Assembly (NCBI RefSeq): GCF_024521635.1 | Contig: NW_026250407.1 | Location: 62,001 to 126,000 of the forward strand | Reading direction: 5' to 3' | DNA length: 64,000 nt | Origin: Tricharina praecox | Taxonomy: Eukaryota | Part shown: positions 26,820 through 39,397 of the stretch, in pieces | Layout: each line of letters opens with the position of its first letter | Position numbering within the stretch: the first letter of the stretch is position 1 | The notes under the pieces: generated by a model | Database searches by the model: none | The model's input: the letters and a program-made list of their open reading frames with translations, nothing else | Told to the model about the DNA's origin: nothing | Program-made: the position numbers and the translations under genes

Positions 26820-29800
26820 CTACTTGTCGACAGCCCAGATCACCAAATCCTTCGCCCCATCTTGAGTAGCGCCCAAGAGCGTCCTGCTAGCAGCCGCAAT
26901 CACATCGACGTACTCAGCCAGCCGACCAGTTTCCCTGAACGTATCCAAGATGTTTTTTCCGGGGTTTGCAACCTCAGCCGTAAGCTCAAGGGCGTTCATC
27001 ATGTAGCTAGGGTTGATGTAGTTTCCGGCGTCCATATAGACGTTGTGCAAGGCAATGACCATTTCAGGAACGTAAATTTGACGGATTTGACGAATCCCGG
27101 TGAGTTGCAAGAGCTGTTCCTCGTCGCAGAAGTCCTTAACCATGGGGGCGAGATACCTGACCACTTTGTCATAGACAGGCTTAAGTCTGCGGGCGGTTGT
27201 CCTATCTGGTCGTCTGCAATTGTCTCGTCAGTTATGATGCCATCCGTCAGATCAAATGTCAACTTACTCGGGAAGATTCTTAAGGGCTTCGCGCCACTCC
27301 TCGAGAGCAATCATAGCATCGATAAGGCTCTCCATGGCGAGATATACAGCCACCAGAAGCTGAGTTTCCTCGCTGTCATCCAGGCCGTTTCCTTCGTTCT
27401 CCTCCATCGGATCGCCCGAATGTCCGTTAGCACCCCGAGTGAATATGACTCTGTTCGAGTGGACGTCGGTGTGAAGCGTTTTGGCAGCGTACAAGCGCCC
27501 GGTGACTGGACCACGTTAGCAGCGGACTTCGGTCGGAAGCGGTAGGTTAACTTACGCAGGAACCGCTTGTAAACATCACATGCCCCACGAACGAGCTCGC
27601 TCTGTAGCGAGACGCTACCCAACATCAACCACTCCAAGCCGCTGATGAGCTGCTGGTCCTCTGGTCGGAGCTCGCCAGTGAAGCCATTGAAACTCTTTGC
27701 CCCGTCAACGATTGATGTTGAGTAGTGGGGTTCCGACAGTTGCAGCGAGATTTCCATAGTCTTTTTCAGACATCCATCCACATCGATTCCGTGATGGTGC
27801 ATTTGCTGAATGAGTTCCTCCCGCTTGGCACCATCGCCTTTGAAGTGGACCAAGGTCTTACCGACTATAGCGATCGCCTTTTCCGGTGACAGGCGCGACG
27901 CATATAGCGGCACGAGCTCAAACTTATCGCACTCGCCAAGAGTAGAGACGTATCCTGAAATCACCCTCTCCGCAGCCACGTGGTATGCTGTGCCCTCTTC
28001 GGAACCAGCATTTAAAGCCTGTAGAACCATGAGGATATGGACGGCGACACGCAGCGTCCGGGGATCGGTTGCATCTACGGCGATCGGAATATCATCCTTT
28101 TGTGGATCATAGTCTGGAACCTCCTCGAATTGTCGCAGTTGTCTGGCGAGCTCCTGTATGAGTGCGGGGAAGCGGAGGGAAATCAATGAGCCTTGAATTG
28201 ACCGAAGCGGCAGCTTCGCTTCTTTGACGTTGCTATTGGCAGCTATTTCGTCTAATATCCGAGGCATAATTGTTTCGTCGCTCAGAGAGCCCCGAGTATG
28301 GTAGGCTATGGCATCAAAGCTAGGGAATCGTGTCACCGCCGCGGGAATCCTGGATAGCTCGGCGAGTTTGGCCGAATAGAATCCTTCGACAAGGGAATTG
28401 ACATGAGCGAAGAGGAGGTCCTCCCATGTTGTGCACACCGGCAACACCTACGTTGGAACCGTCAGCAACAACAGACAAGACCATCATAGTATAACTTACA
28501 CTTTCCACATCGCCACACAGGATTCCGTAGGAAGCCTTCTCATACGGATTGCCTCCCCTTCGACGTGCGAGAGCATAGCACATCCGCTTCCAAAGCTCCC
28601 TCCTTCTGTTTCCTTTGACAGCAAAATCCTCCTCGTCCGTCTCCCGGACGCCGTCAATTCTAGGATCCCATGCATCCAGCCCACCATTCAAGCTTGCTGC
28701 TCTCCAGAACTCGCCGGCGTCCTCGCACATGTCACGTGCGGTATCAATCTCTCCTTTCCTCAGGAATCCCCACACTAGCTTCATCAAGTACTGTTCCCAT
28801 GCTTCGTCCTGCTCTTCCAACTGTCGTCCCTGTCGACTGGGTGCATCGGGATCGAGTTCGGTGACATAATTCTGCGATGATGCTGGTGTAAAAGCACTAC
28901 CCCTAGCGCCAAAGAGCGACAGCTGCTTATTCTGATTCATCCGCTTTTGCTTCTTGATCTCTTCCTTCGTGTAAATCCAACCTCCTCCTTCGCGGTAAAG
29001 TCCTGGAACCTCGATTTCGTCGGCGGTAGGCGCCGGCGAGTAGCGGCGTAACCACTCAAGCACTATGGTCAACTCCGTAAATGATGTGTCTGCGTCGAAG
29101 AAATGCTCCCTAATACGGACATCGCTGGAGAATCTGTCGTTTGCCAAGTCGCCTGGCAAGTTCATGTCGTGGCGGCGGTTGCCAACAGACAGACGATGCG
29201 ATATAAGAGCCCCAAAAAGCTCCCATGTTTGATGCTCAAGCTGCCAGTACCGCGCCTGCTCCTTGGTCTCGTTGATGTCATATTCCTCTCGAGGATCTTC
29301 GAGCGTGGTGTCCGTCATATCCTCCAAGGCCCGCTCAGACTCCTCCATGAGTACAGCTGCGTAGCTCTGAAATGTCGAGATCAAATCGTAGGCGGCGGCG
29401 GCACTTTCTTCGGTATTGTTCGTCAATGGTTGTCGCAGTATCCCCGAATCATCCAGCCGGGTCGCAAAAGCCACAAACTCCGGCTTGATCAGCTCTATTT
29501 CTGTGTCTGCTGCCGCATCGTCAGCGACACGGAACGACAAGGCGGGGAATACCCGCAACACACCTGAAGTTTCGTATTCCGCCCGTGAATCGTCCATCTC
29601 GACTTGACTCTCGTCACTCCTCTGCGAGAAGTTAGCTGTTAGCCCATTACCGCACCATAGCTTTCCGGATTGCCATACATCTTCTCCCATGTCCCAGCCG
29701 TCCTCCATCTGAACGAGCAGCAATTAGCCACCGAAGCTCATCGAAAACCTGAGCGTTCCAGTTGGGAGTACCACTTACTTGTTGGGGGCGATGCTGCGCG

Positions 29801-29949
29801 AGAGGTGATGCGTCCGTTCTGAAGAATCCGCTACTCCCGGAGGTACTCGGCGCGTTGAACGCGAAGACTGGTTTCTCCCCGTTGGCGGCCGTGTTGGTAG
29901 TGGTACTCTTCCTCTTGGGGCGCGAAGAGTCACCAAAGATTGGCGCCAT
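26820..29949 (-). CDS. NUP84: Nucleoporin Nup84/Nup107 (about 6 exons)
   Basis: WQLEHQTWELF, IVLEWL, GWIYTKEEIK, VTELDPDAPSRQGRQLEEQD, GEFWRAASLNGG, GNRRRELWKRMC, VCTTWEDLLFAH and IRQIYVPEMVIALH. Exons join at GTAAGT/GTATGG donors. Confidence 0.94.
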
Positions 29950-30750
29950 GTTAGATGCCGGTACGCTGGGGAGTATTGTAGAATGTATGGAGACTCGGAG
30001 GATTCAAGGATTCGTCGGGAAACGTGTAGGCACGGGGAGTTCACTGAGTCGAGTCGCTCGGTCCGTCGGTGTTGTTGATGATGACCCGTTTCTTTAGACC
30101 ATCATCCTTGTCCGTAGCAAAGCAACGCGCCATAATCAGATGATCTCTGTGCCAAGCGATAATCTCTCGGCGCACTTCGCACGCCAACTCAGCCTCATCG
30201 GCTAAAAATGGCTTGGCGGCTGCATAAAGTCCAAAGTTTTGCGTGCAACTTCTCCGCTTCTTTTTTTCTTTTCTCTTTATGTCTTTGGCGCTGTTTAGAG
30301 TCACGGAGCAAACATTCAGTGTTTGTTCGGCTTGCTATTGCACAGTCCTCGCGCGCTACCAGTGTTCATATAGAGAGCGGCTTTCGCATCATCTGGTCCC
30401 TAACTATCTCAATTCCCCACTTGTGGGGAGCTGTGAGATTAGTATAAGATCAAATGTCACATACATTTTTCATGGCGGAAGCTTTACGGTGAAGTACCAT
30501 CACAGACGAAGCATCGACTCGTTGGTTGCGAGTACAAGTTAACCTCTGGGGGAGAGCGTTTGCGTCGGGGGATGGACGGTACGAAGAAGCAGTGTCTTTC
30601 GACGGGTGTGATAGGTCTTAGGCAAGCAAACAGGCAAGTTTGTGCTGGGCATCGAAGGGAGCCCGTATTTGTGCAGAAAAAACATTCATGCATAATGCAT
30701 CTGCCCGTGCTACAGTTCTACTCCATTCTCCCACCGTCCAGTCGATGCTG

Positions 30751-31162
30751 CTACCGTCGTTTCGTTTCGCGAAGTTCTGCGCCGGTGGCCTTCTCTTCGG
30801 CCCTCTGTTTGACTTTGAGTTCGAGCAGTGACTTCTGAGGACAGCACACATTCTTCTCCGCCAGTCCCTCGCGCCTGTACATCTCGGTGCAGCATTCGTA
30901 CAGCGCGTCTATCAGTGCTGAGCATCGTGCCTCATTGTATCCATTCTTCTGCAGACAGTTCTGTATGGCACACTGCGTCGAGGGACAAGGCGCCCATCAG
31001 CCAAGAGTCCATCCGAGAAGTGCAGTTGTGAAACATACCGCGCGCGGATAGCATGGAGGATTGATCCTTAAAGCGGCTTCGAGAGATGATGACTGGACGT
31101 GGAGAATACAATCAGCAAGCATCCGCACCCAAGATAGATGATGGATATATCGCACTTACCAT
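30751..31162 (-). CDS. CMC4: Cx9C motif protein Cmc4 / MTCP1 p8 family, mitochondrial intermembrane space (92 aa, 3 exons; absent from the ORF track)
   Basis: Exons 31162-31160 (ATG), 31092-31039 and 30972-30751 give MSSSLEAALRINPPCYPRACAIQNCLQKNGYNEARCSALIDALYECCTEMYRREGLAEKNVCCPQKSLLELKVKQRAEEKATGAELRETKRR. Donors GTAAGT and GTATGT, acceptors CAG, GCTGAT branch points. Confidence 0.92.
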
Positions 31163-31610
31163 GACTGTTAGCCGACTCCGATTGCTGTGAAGGGGTGGGC
31201 GATTGTCACGGAGGCTGGCTGTGTCTTGAGGCGACTCTTGCGCTCAGTCGTCTTCTTCCAGAGCGTGACCTCATCCGGTCTGTAACTCCGCAGGCGCCGT
31301 GGAATCTCACACTTGGTAGAGAACAGCAAAGTAATATATCGAGACTCCATTATCCGTGGCAGTATCTTTACTCTACTGCTTTTCTCGAAACATATCCACG
31401 GTTCATACATTTTGTCCTCGTGACTTGGTTGCTAGGTTGGGCGCGTCAATACCAAGCCCTCCCCGCGTTACCTCCGCCGAGCTCTTCTCTCACTCTTTTG
31501 CACCACACACAACACCCTTAAAGTTAAATCCACCTTCTCAACATCACCCCACACCTTCAACCATCACCAACCAACCCCGCCAAATAACGAACACCGAACG
31601 CCAGAACAAC

Positions 31611-32143
31611 ATGTCCGACGCCGACAACAGCACCCCCTCCAAGCCGGAAGCCGGCGAACAATCCGAGCACCTCAACATCAAGGTCACCGACGGTAACAAT
31701 GAAGTGTTCTTCAAGATCAAGAGGTCGACTCAACTCAAGAAGTTGATGGACGCGTTTTGCGACCGTCAGGGAAAGGCGCCGGCTAGCGTTCGCTTCTTGT
31801 TCGATGGAACCAGAGTTTCGGGCGTGGACTCGCCCCATACCGTTAGTACTCCAGTCATTCCTGCGTTTTGCTTGTCTCGCCCACATCTGCTCCCCTTGGT
31901 ACTGTAGCTATACTCGCTCGACCGTAAGTCGGGGGATGAGGGGGCTCAGAGGATTGAGTTGGGTCGTCGACCTGGCGGTTGACTGGCTGGATGCTTTCTA
32001 CCCCCACGCAGACAAACATCTCTACATCGTCTTCTCGCACGATTCCAGAATGTTGCTAACTTTCCTCTCTGCTACAGTTGGACATGCAGGACGGCGACAC
32101 CCTCGAGGTCCACCAGGAGCAGATCGGCGGCGGCTCCTGGTAG
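31611..32143 (+). CDS. SMT3: SUMO precursor (2 exons)
   Basis: [37 protein letters not shown]...[10 protein letters not shown], intron 31842-32077, then [21 protein letters not shown]. Confidence 0.97.
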
Positions 32144-33910
32144 TCGTGCGTGACGATCCCGATACGAGTCTGTTCTTTCGAAAGGGCGGCTGCGGCGGAA
32201 AGTCTACACGTTTGATTTGGGGGACCTTACATATAACATCGATGACTTACGGTACTACTCGGAGGGATCGAGCATCGGTGTTTTTTTTCCAATGTTCTCC
32301 AGAGGCGTTGTATACAAATCTTGTCGGTTTTCTTCGCGCTTTTTCATAATCGAATCTTTGTGGGGTCTGCTTCTGGCGTGGGAATATTGTTTGTGGTTCT
32401 GGTGCGCTTTCTTTTTGTACTCGGGGTCAAAATTCTCCTAGGACGGTATACGCTACGTAGGATAGGACATGTCTTTCCCCCCCCACTTTCTGTTCACAGT
32501 CCGGATGACGCCGGCTTTTTCTGTTCGTTCCTTTCCGGCCGTGCGGATGGCAATCCTTAGGTGATCTGATTCACTGCGATCGGCCTCTGCAAACGATCGC
32601 ACAACGTGGCGAACGGCGGGTTGGGGTGTCCGTGCAGAAGACCCACTCATCGCGGCCTGCGATTTCTCGGTGGCAATTTCATCGTTTTTCGGCGTCATGT
32701 GACCCATCCGTACATAGCGTCGATTGAGCGTGTCATCGTCTATGATTCGTTGCGGTGTTATCGGGAGGCGCATAATGACGGTTTGTATGGTCGTTCCCTC
32801 AAAACACCGCATTGAGCATCTCACCCGCCCCCACCGAGATCACTTTCCCATCAAGTACATTAGTCACAAAGGTAAATACCGACTGCTCCAACTCCCAAGA
32901 GTTCGAATCCATCATAGTTACGCCTTGGCTCACTCCATCAAGTCTAACTTTTTCCTAACATCCAGCTAACCTCCATAAGCGGCGGTTACATCTGCCCAGA
33001 CACGCACTAAGCGGCGGTAGATACTGTTAGCCGCCGCCTTCGCCGTCAGGATACTTCGAGTGCCAACTCGCAGTGCGGCTGCAGCCCACCAGCGAGGTCG
33101 ATATGTACTTTGCGACCATTTGGCCACGCTCTCAGCCTTAAGCATCCTGCACGGCTCTCGGATTCTCCGCATGTTGAGCTGGTCACTGGGGCACACCAAT
33201 GGATACCCAGATCCCCCTTGGGCGGGATATCCTATCACCACTACCTGGCACCCCTCTCCCCTTCGCTGTCTACAGCGGCGGCGGTGTCCAAGCCTAGCCG
33301 TGTCCAAAGGCCTCCCCCCCCCGGTGATTGTGCGTGCGCTATCTTCGCTACAACTGCCGCTGGCTGTCGGAGGAAATCTCCCATTTCTGTCGTCTGCAGT
33401 CAGCATCGGAAATGCACTGGTGGCTGGATGGGAAAGCCATAGGGCCAAGACCGGCATGTCTACAAGAGGACTAAAGAAGCGAGGAGAGGAGTCCCAGAGT
33501 GCGGCCGATACCGGCGAGGAGCTGTCTGGATTGGCCGGGGGCTGTATAATCGATCCGGACGGGCTATATAAGCCAGGAGGATCCGCGTTCTTGGTGGTCG
33601 AGCTGGTGGTTGATGCCACTCGGTAACGGACAGGTGGAGGTGGCGATGGCCATGGCGGGTGGTGGGATATATTGACTGGCTTGACTGGCTTGCTGGCTGG
33701 CTTGCTGGCTGGATGGATGGATGACTAGCCGGAAACCAGCACTGTCTCTGGTTGCTTGAACAGTCTAGTCTCTCCACTGGCCGGCTTCCTGCACAATCGG
33801 TATACAACCACCTCTCTCCTACTCCCCCCATCACAACTCACACATATCCCTCTCTCCTCCCAATACACACCAAAACACTTACTATTCCCGCACACTTTAC
33901 CACCACAGCA

Positions 33911-35045
33911 ATGGCCGACGAAAGCTGGCTCTCCCTGTGCACACCATCCAACATACCAATGCCTCCCTTGGAGCGTTACATCCACCACCTACCTCACCAC
34001 ATACTCAAGAAGCGATTGGGACCGCACGAGCTCGGTGTCGGCGGATATATTCCGGACCACTCCACGCTCAAGTATCGTGACGAAAACGAGGTACTCGCGC
34101 TGGAACTCGTCAGGAATCATACCAACATTCCCGTCCCGGATCTGGTTTATATGGGCGCTGAGTATGTCACCTTTTCTTTGCTCTCACTCACTCCGATCGT
34201 GCGAGGGATGTGGGCACGATGGTGCTGGCGTCCCCGCACGCATGCCCGCCGCTTGCTACATACCTGCCTACATGGCCGCTTCGTTCGGTGATTGTACATA
34301 GGCCCGCTTGCTTGCGAGCATGAGTGCTTGCGTCTCTACCAGTGACCATACACTCCCCCTTCTTCTGCCCCTCTACATTCCCCTCCCCCTGCCGCCACCA
34401 GTTCACCACAAGCCCGACTAACCACAACCCCAGCTTCAACGTCTTCACGCGCATCCCTGGAATCTGCGTCAACCACCAAGAGATCTGGGACACGATATCT
34501 CCGCGGCAGCGCGAAGGTGCTCTCCCCCCCCCCTCCTTCCCATTCACCCACAGTACTAACCCCGCCATGTAGGCCTCCAGTACCAAATCCGCTCTTACAT
34601 CCGTCAGCTTAGCCACATCCCCTCCCCCTATCCAGGGCACGTTCACAGCCCACACCCTTCCGGGAGTATTTTCCGCCCCTACCAACTCCAGCACTGCGGG
34701 CCGTTCCCCTCGACCTCCTCCCTCCTCCTTCACAACCCGCACCTATCCCCTCTCGTGTCCGCAAGCGCACTACCAGTGTTTGCACACATGGACTGGGACC
34801 TCAGCAACATCATCATCGCGGAGAATGGCGATGCCGTCGTTGGCGTTGTCGACTGGGAGCGCGCTGCGTGGTTCCCTGATGCTGGGAGGGCTATGCATAG
34901 ATGCGCGCATCATTGGGAGGGGTGGGAGGGGTTGTTTGATACACTCGAGTTTCCGGTGGGGGGGGGAGGGGGGGAGGGAATGGGGGAAACGGGGGTGGTG
35001 GGGGAGGTGGGACAACTGAGGTGGTGGGGAGAGGCGTATTATTAG
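33911..35045 (+). CDS. APH/choline-kinase-like phosphotransferase (3 exons)
   Basis: ENEVLALELVRNHTNIPVP, FTRIPG, QIRSYIRQL, CGPF, catalytic loop VFAHMDWDLSNIII and VVDWERAAWFP. Introns 34162-34433 and 34517-34572 restore one frame. Confidence 0.82.
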
Positions 35046-35594
35046 GAAATTTACACACGGAGTGGTGGAGGCAAGTGATGAGTGAGGGTCTGTGATGGGC
35101 CGTGGCTGCTTGTGAGCACTTGTGTTCGCCACTCATGAGTACCGTGTCTACGCCGTGGATATACATCTCGTATTCTATGACTACTCCACATGCAAACTGT
35201 GATGGGCGGTGGTCATTACCGCATCTGCCGTGATCCCACACAGTATGTGGCGGCAACACTGTACCTACTGCCCATCCGGCCCGGTGTATAATAAGGTAGC
35301 AACCCACTCCCTCCACGCTCCACGCTCCACCTGTGCACGAAACCGACAGACTCCCTGGAACCCACCCATCCCCGCGCCCTGGGTAGGGTGTACATCCATC
35401 ATCCCTTCCCCTCCCCCGCACCAGCCGATCCAGGTCCACGTCCAGGTTCACGTCCAGGTTCACGCCCAGGGACCCACCCATACCCAGACCAGATCCATAC
35501 CACACCAGTACATATATACATGTCCCACGCCGTGTATCATCTTTCAGCATCCACTCAGACCGGCGTGCTGGCGCTTCTCACACTAGGTGCGTTC

Positions 35595-36350
35595 TTTTTT
35601 TTTGTTCATTCATTGATTGCGTGCGACCTATCTAGATCATGGCAATATCTACCCGTCCCCCCCCCCCCCGTTTCCCCGCCACTGTCCAACCTAACTTTCA
35701 TCAGGCGGCCCGATGTGACTTTCCCTGCCTCCGCCGTGGCCTGTCTCAGGCATCCGTCTGCCCGCATCAGTGGAGAAGAGGAACTCTAGGATGGCCTTGC
35801 TGCATCGCTCATCTGCGAAGAGGTCCCGGATTTTGAAGCGGTCTTTCCCCCTCCTTGTCTGCTTCCGGACTTCTGCCCATAGTGTCTTTTGCTGACTTTT
35901 CTATTCAGGGCACTTTTTGAAGAGGTGTTCCCGACTCTGTGTCTTGTAGCGGCACCAGCCACAGCGGTCTTCCGGACGGCTTTTCGTCCACTGGAGGTAC
36001 TGGCCGGTGAGGCAGTGTCCTGTCTTGAGTTGGTAGAATCTCGAGGCGAGGCGTTTGCGGGCCATCTCTAGATTTGGGTCAGGTCTCTAGCCGGATTTCC
36101 GGCTTTACTTGTATTTCTTGTGAGTGATTCTGCTGTCCGCCAATCCCTTGGCTTCCCTCCACTTGGCTTCAGAGATACTGCGTTTCAGGTAGACAAATGA
36201 TGGCGGTAACAGAGGTCTGGTGTCATACTGGTGGGTCCCCTCCACCCCGCGAGGGGCAGGGTTGTCAGCTGTCAGTTTAGCCCAATTCATCCGCCTTCTC
36301 GTTCCCAGGAACATCTTTGTGTTCCGGGCACCTGATTTCTCGAATACGCA
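35595..36350 (-). mobile_element. 5'-truncated, decayed non-LTR retrotransposon (LINE with RNase H and CCHC zinc finger)
   Basis: Reads EIRCPEHKDVPGNEKADE(frameshift)WAKL (RNase H end)...ARKRLASRFYQLKTGHCLTGQYLQW...CGWCRYKTQSREHLFKKC...LFADERCSKAILEFL. In-frame stops at 36105, 36087 and 35901. A9 tail at 35595-35603. Confidence 0.88.
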
Positions 36351-36921
36351 CCGTTTGAGACGTGCCCGCTCACGAGATTTTGTTCGAGTGATCACACACG
36401 ATGCACCTCCCCCACCTGTCACAGTTTTGCCTCTCACAACTTCTGTGTTTGAACTTTGAGCACACACAACGCACAATGCACATAATACTTGAGCAGGACC
36501 GATGATATTATTCATATGTAGACCCCGACCGACCGACCCGACCGACCCCACTGACCATCCCCTCATCCCCGCCCCTACTGACCGATACATGAGTATGAGT
36601 AGACTGAATACAAATAGCTGAGAGAAACGAAAAGAAAGAAGAAGAAAAAAAGAAAACTCCTATGAAAATGTGCTGTGATGATACGAAATAAGGAGAAAAG
36701 AAAAAGAAAAAAACTCCAAAGCAAGACGAGAACCCCCTTCCCCCCCACCCCCATCCCTAAAATACAAGGATTTATGCATGCGTGCGTACATGACAATAAG
36801 AAAGATCGATAGAGAGAGAGTATGACATGGCATAGGTATACAGACTAGAAAAAGGGCAGAATTAAGTAAAAACACAAAGTGGAGAGTGCTAACAATATGG
36901 TGTGGCCGTGTGCATTATAAA

Positions 36922-39397
36922 TTAAAAGAACGCTCGATCACCACAGGTCGTCGACGAAGCTATCGAAGCCGTCGTCAAGAGCGCTGCCGGTCCAGCCGAC
37001 AGTAGTGGCGAACTATAGAAATCGAACGCGAACGCGTCCTCCTCATCGTCGCTAAAGCTGCTATAGTTGTTGCCGTTATACCACACAAGTTGCCGTGGTA
37101 TAGATGCATCATCAAAGACTGCCGAAGGCATTGGTGGTGTCGTCGGTGGTGATATCTCGTGCGTGTGCTGTTGTTGCTTGATTTGCGATTCGGGTAGAGG
37201 AGGGGGAGTGTGTGATGCCGCTTCGTCTTCCGGGCTGGGCGGCGAGATCGGGGTCAGCGGGCCTGCGCGGAGAATCTCGGACAATGGCCTCGGCCTGGTA
37301 GACGAAGGACGGCGGCGCAGCCGGACGGTGACAGCCGTGTCGGGCCATATATCGTCCGAGACTGGGCTGAACGATGGGTACTTGGATACGCGACCGAGAT
37401 TGGCGTCGTCGGTGTTTATCCGGCGAAGGATCGGAACCGTCCGTGGCGTCTGTCTGCTATCTGGAACCCCGGCGAACGAGTTGCTGCGAAGGAGAAAAAA
37501 ATCCGAATCAGGTCTCCGACGTCGTGCAGCGAGGGTATTATCCATGAAGGGGTCGGAGGAGGATGAGGAGGAGGATGATGAGGAGGAGGAGGGCGGTACC
37601 TCTTGTTGTGATGGTGATCGTAGCTGGTTGGCGAAGCTCGCCGCGAACGGATCCTCTGCCGTGGCGGTGGAAGCAGCGGCGGATTGGGTGACGGCGTCGC
37701 CACCAAACCTGTTGGGACGGCGCTCGACCAATTTCTGAGGTGGGAAGCTAGGAAGCACAAAGTCGTAGGTCAACGAATTCATCTGGATGGCCGCCGCAAA
37801 GAGGCTAAAGTTATCTCTCTGGGGCTGTTCGACCACCCCTGCGTCGCTATCGAAGCGACCACTTGGCTGCGGGGAACCGTTGTCGAACTCGAAGGGATCA
37901 TCCTCGTTGTCCGAGTCGGACGGTGTATATGCGGCCGACGAACATTCGCTTGAGCCGTAGTCGGAGAAGGCGGATGAAGGGAACGGGCTCTGCGGGCTGG
38001 CCAGGAATTTCGAGAAGGTCCGCTCCCTGTTCAGCTGGAACTGGGGTGGCTCTAGTCCAGATTCCCGGAAGTCATCTTCTTCGTTCTTCGCGGCAAGGTT
38101 GGTGGTGGCGATGGCCAGTAGGGAGCGGGCGAGCGCCGATGCGTGGCTGCACGAAGGATCCGAGTGATTGTGCATGTTGCAGACTTTCGAGGGAGAGGAC
38201 TGGGTCCGGCGCGGTGGTGCTGGTGTAGCGAGCATGGTGTCGATCTGCAGAGGATATGTGTGGGATATTATAGTGGTACTTGTTTGTCGAGGCCGGCCAG
38301 CAGATCCAAGTATTATTTTTTCTCCGTTCTGCCGTTCGGGTTGTGGTCGCTGGGGCAGAGCTTTTTCACGACGTAGTCTGAACCACGCCTGAGTAGGTAG
38401 TATGTTAGCTAGGAGTCCGAGAAGAGCCAAACGAATACATATGAGGCATGTGTATGCAGGTAGAAGGTGTGGTCAATCAAATAGTTCTCCGGGTGAGAAC
38501 CCCGGCCCATATACGAGAGATAGATAGCCTGACCCTGGATGCCCGGGGTCAAGATTATGGGACGAGCAAAGGAAAAAAATAACCTACGGGAGCTTCCAAG
38601 TGCAATTGATAGAGGAGGAGGGCTGAACGGCACAGGCACAGGCAAAGGACCGGGTACAGGTACAGGCACAGGCAGAGGACCAGGTACGGGGGGACCAGGT
38701 ACGAGGGGACCAGGTACAGGTACAGGACCAGGAATGGTGGCGATGATGCAGTTGAGAGAGTGTGGTGGTATACGGTGAGTACGCCAAGTTGCTGTCGGGG
38801 GGAGAGCAGACGTAGGGGTTGGAGGTGTATATGTAGAGATCGATATCAAAGAACAGACGAAAGCAGTCGGAGGAGGGGAGGAGAGCGTAGGAGTTTAAGG
38901 GAGAGGGGGATTGGGTACATACGGGGGGTGGGAGGGGGGTGGAGGGGCACGAGCGTAGGAATAAGCAAAGAGGAGACACTCACAGCGATGTGGTGAACAG
39001 GGAGACCAGTGGCTTGTGCCAAGGCCTGGCGTTCACTAGTGGAGGGTTTTCGAGAATCGGAGAAGTGACGCTCCAAGACGATGCACTGTTCTGTCGTCAT
39101 AAGTCCAACAGCCTCTTGGTCGTCGTCCTCGAAAGACGTCGTGGTGGTGGTAGGGCCGCAGCTCTTACAGCTGCCGCGTTGCCCATCATCACGCAGGAAC
39201 GACAGTAGTTCCTGGTCCGACGAGCTAGGGCTGGAATTCGAAGCCGATCCGCGTCGCGACGGGATTGGGATGGGCGGAAACGAGCTCATCGGGCTAACGG
39301 TTTGCTCATCACTGGCATACGCGTGGAGAGTAGAAATCCTCATTGGCTGCGCGAACGTGAAGGACTCCATGGCCCAGTTTGCTCGCTCGTCTGACAT
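36922..39397 (-). CDS. Atypical homeodomain protein with long Ser/Pro-rich disordered C-terminus (2 exons, ~626 aa)
   Basis: Exon 1 (39397-38984) ends MTTEQCIVLERHFSDSRKPSTSERQALAQATGLPVHHIA|GTGAGT. After a 595-nt intron (GCTAAC...CAG), exon 2 (from 38388) begins AWFRLRREK, completing helix 3. Confidence 0.82.

Noticed and set aside
32453..33626. ORFs of 123-217 aa between SUMO and the APH-like gene
   Set aside because: No recognisable domain and no convincing exon chain; an orphan gene cannot be excluded without RNA data.
35901..36107. In-frame TAG codons as targets of A-to-I stop-codon editing
   Set aside because: They occur with a TAA and a frameshift in a truncated retroelement, so decay explains them; none of the host genes needed a stop corrected.
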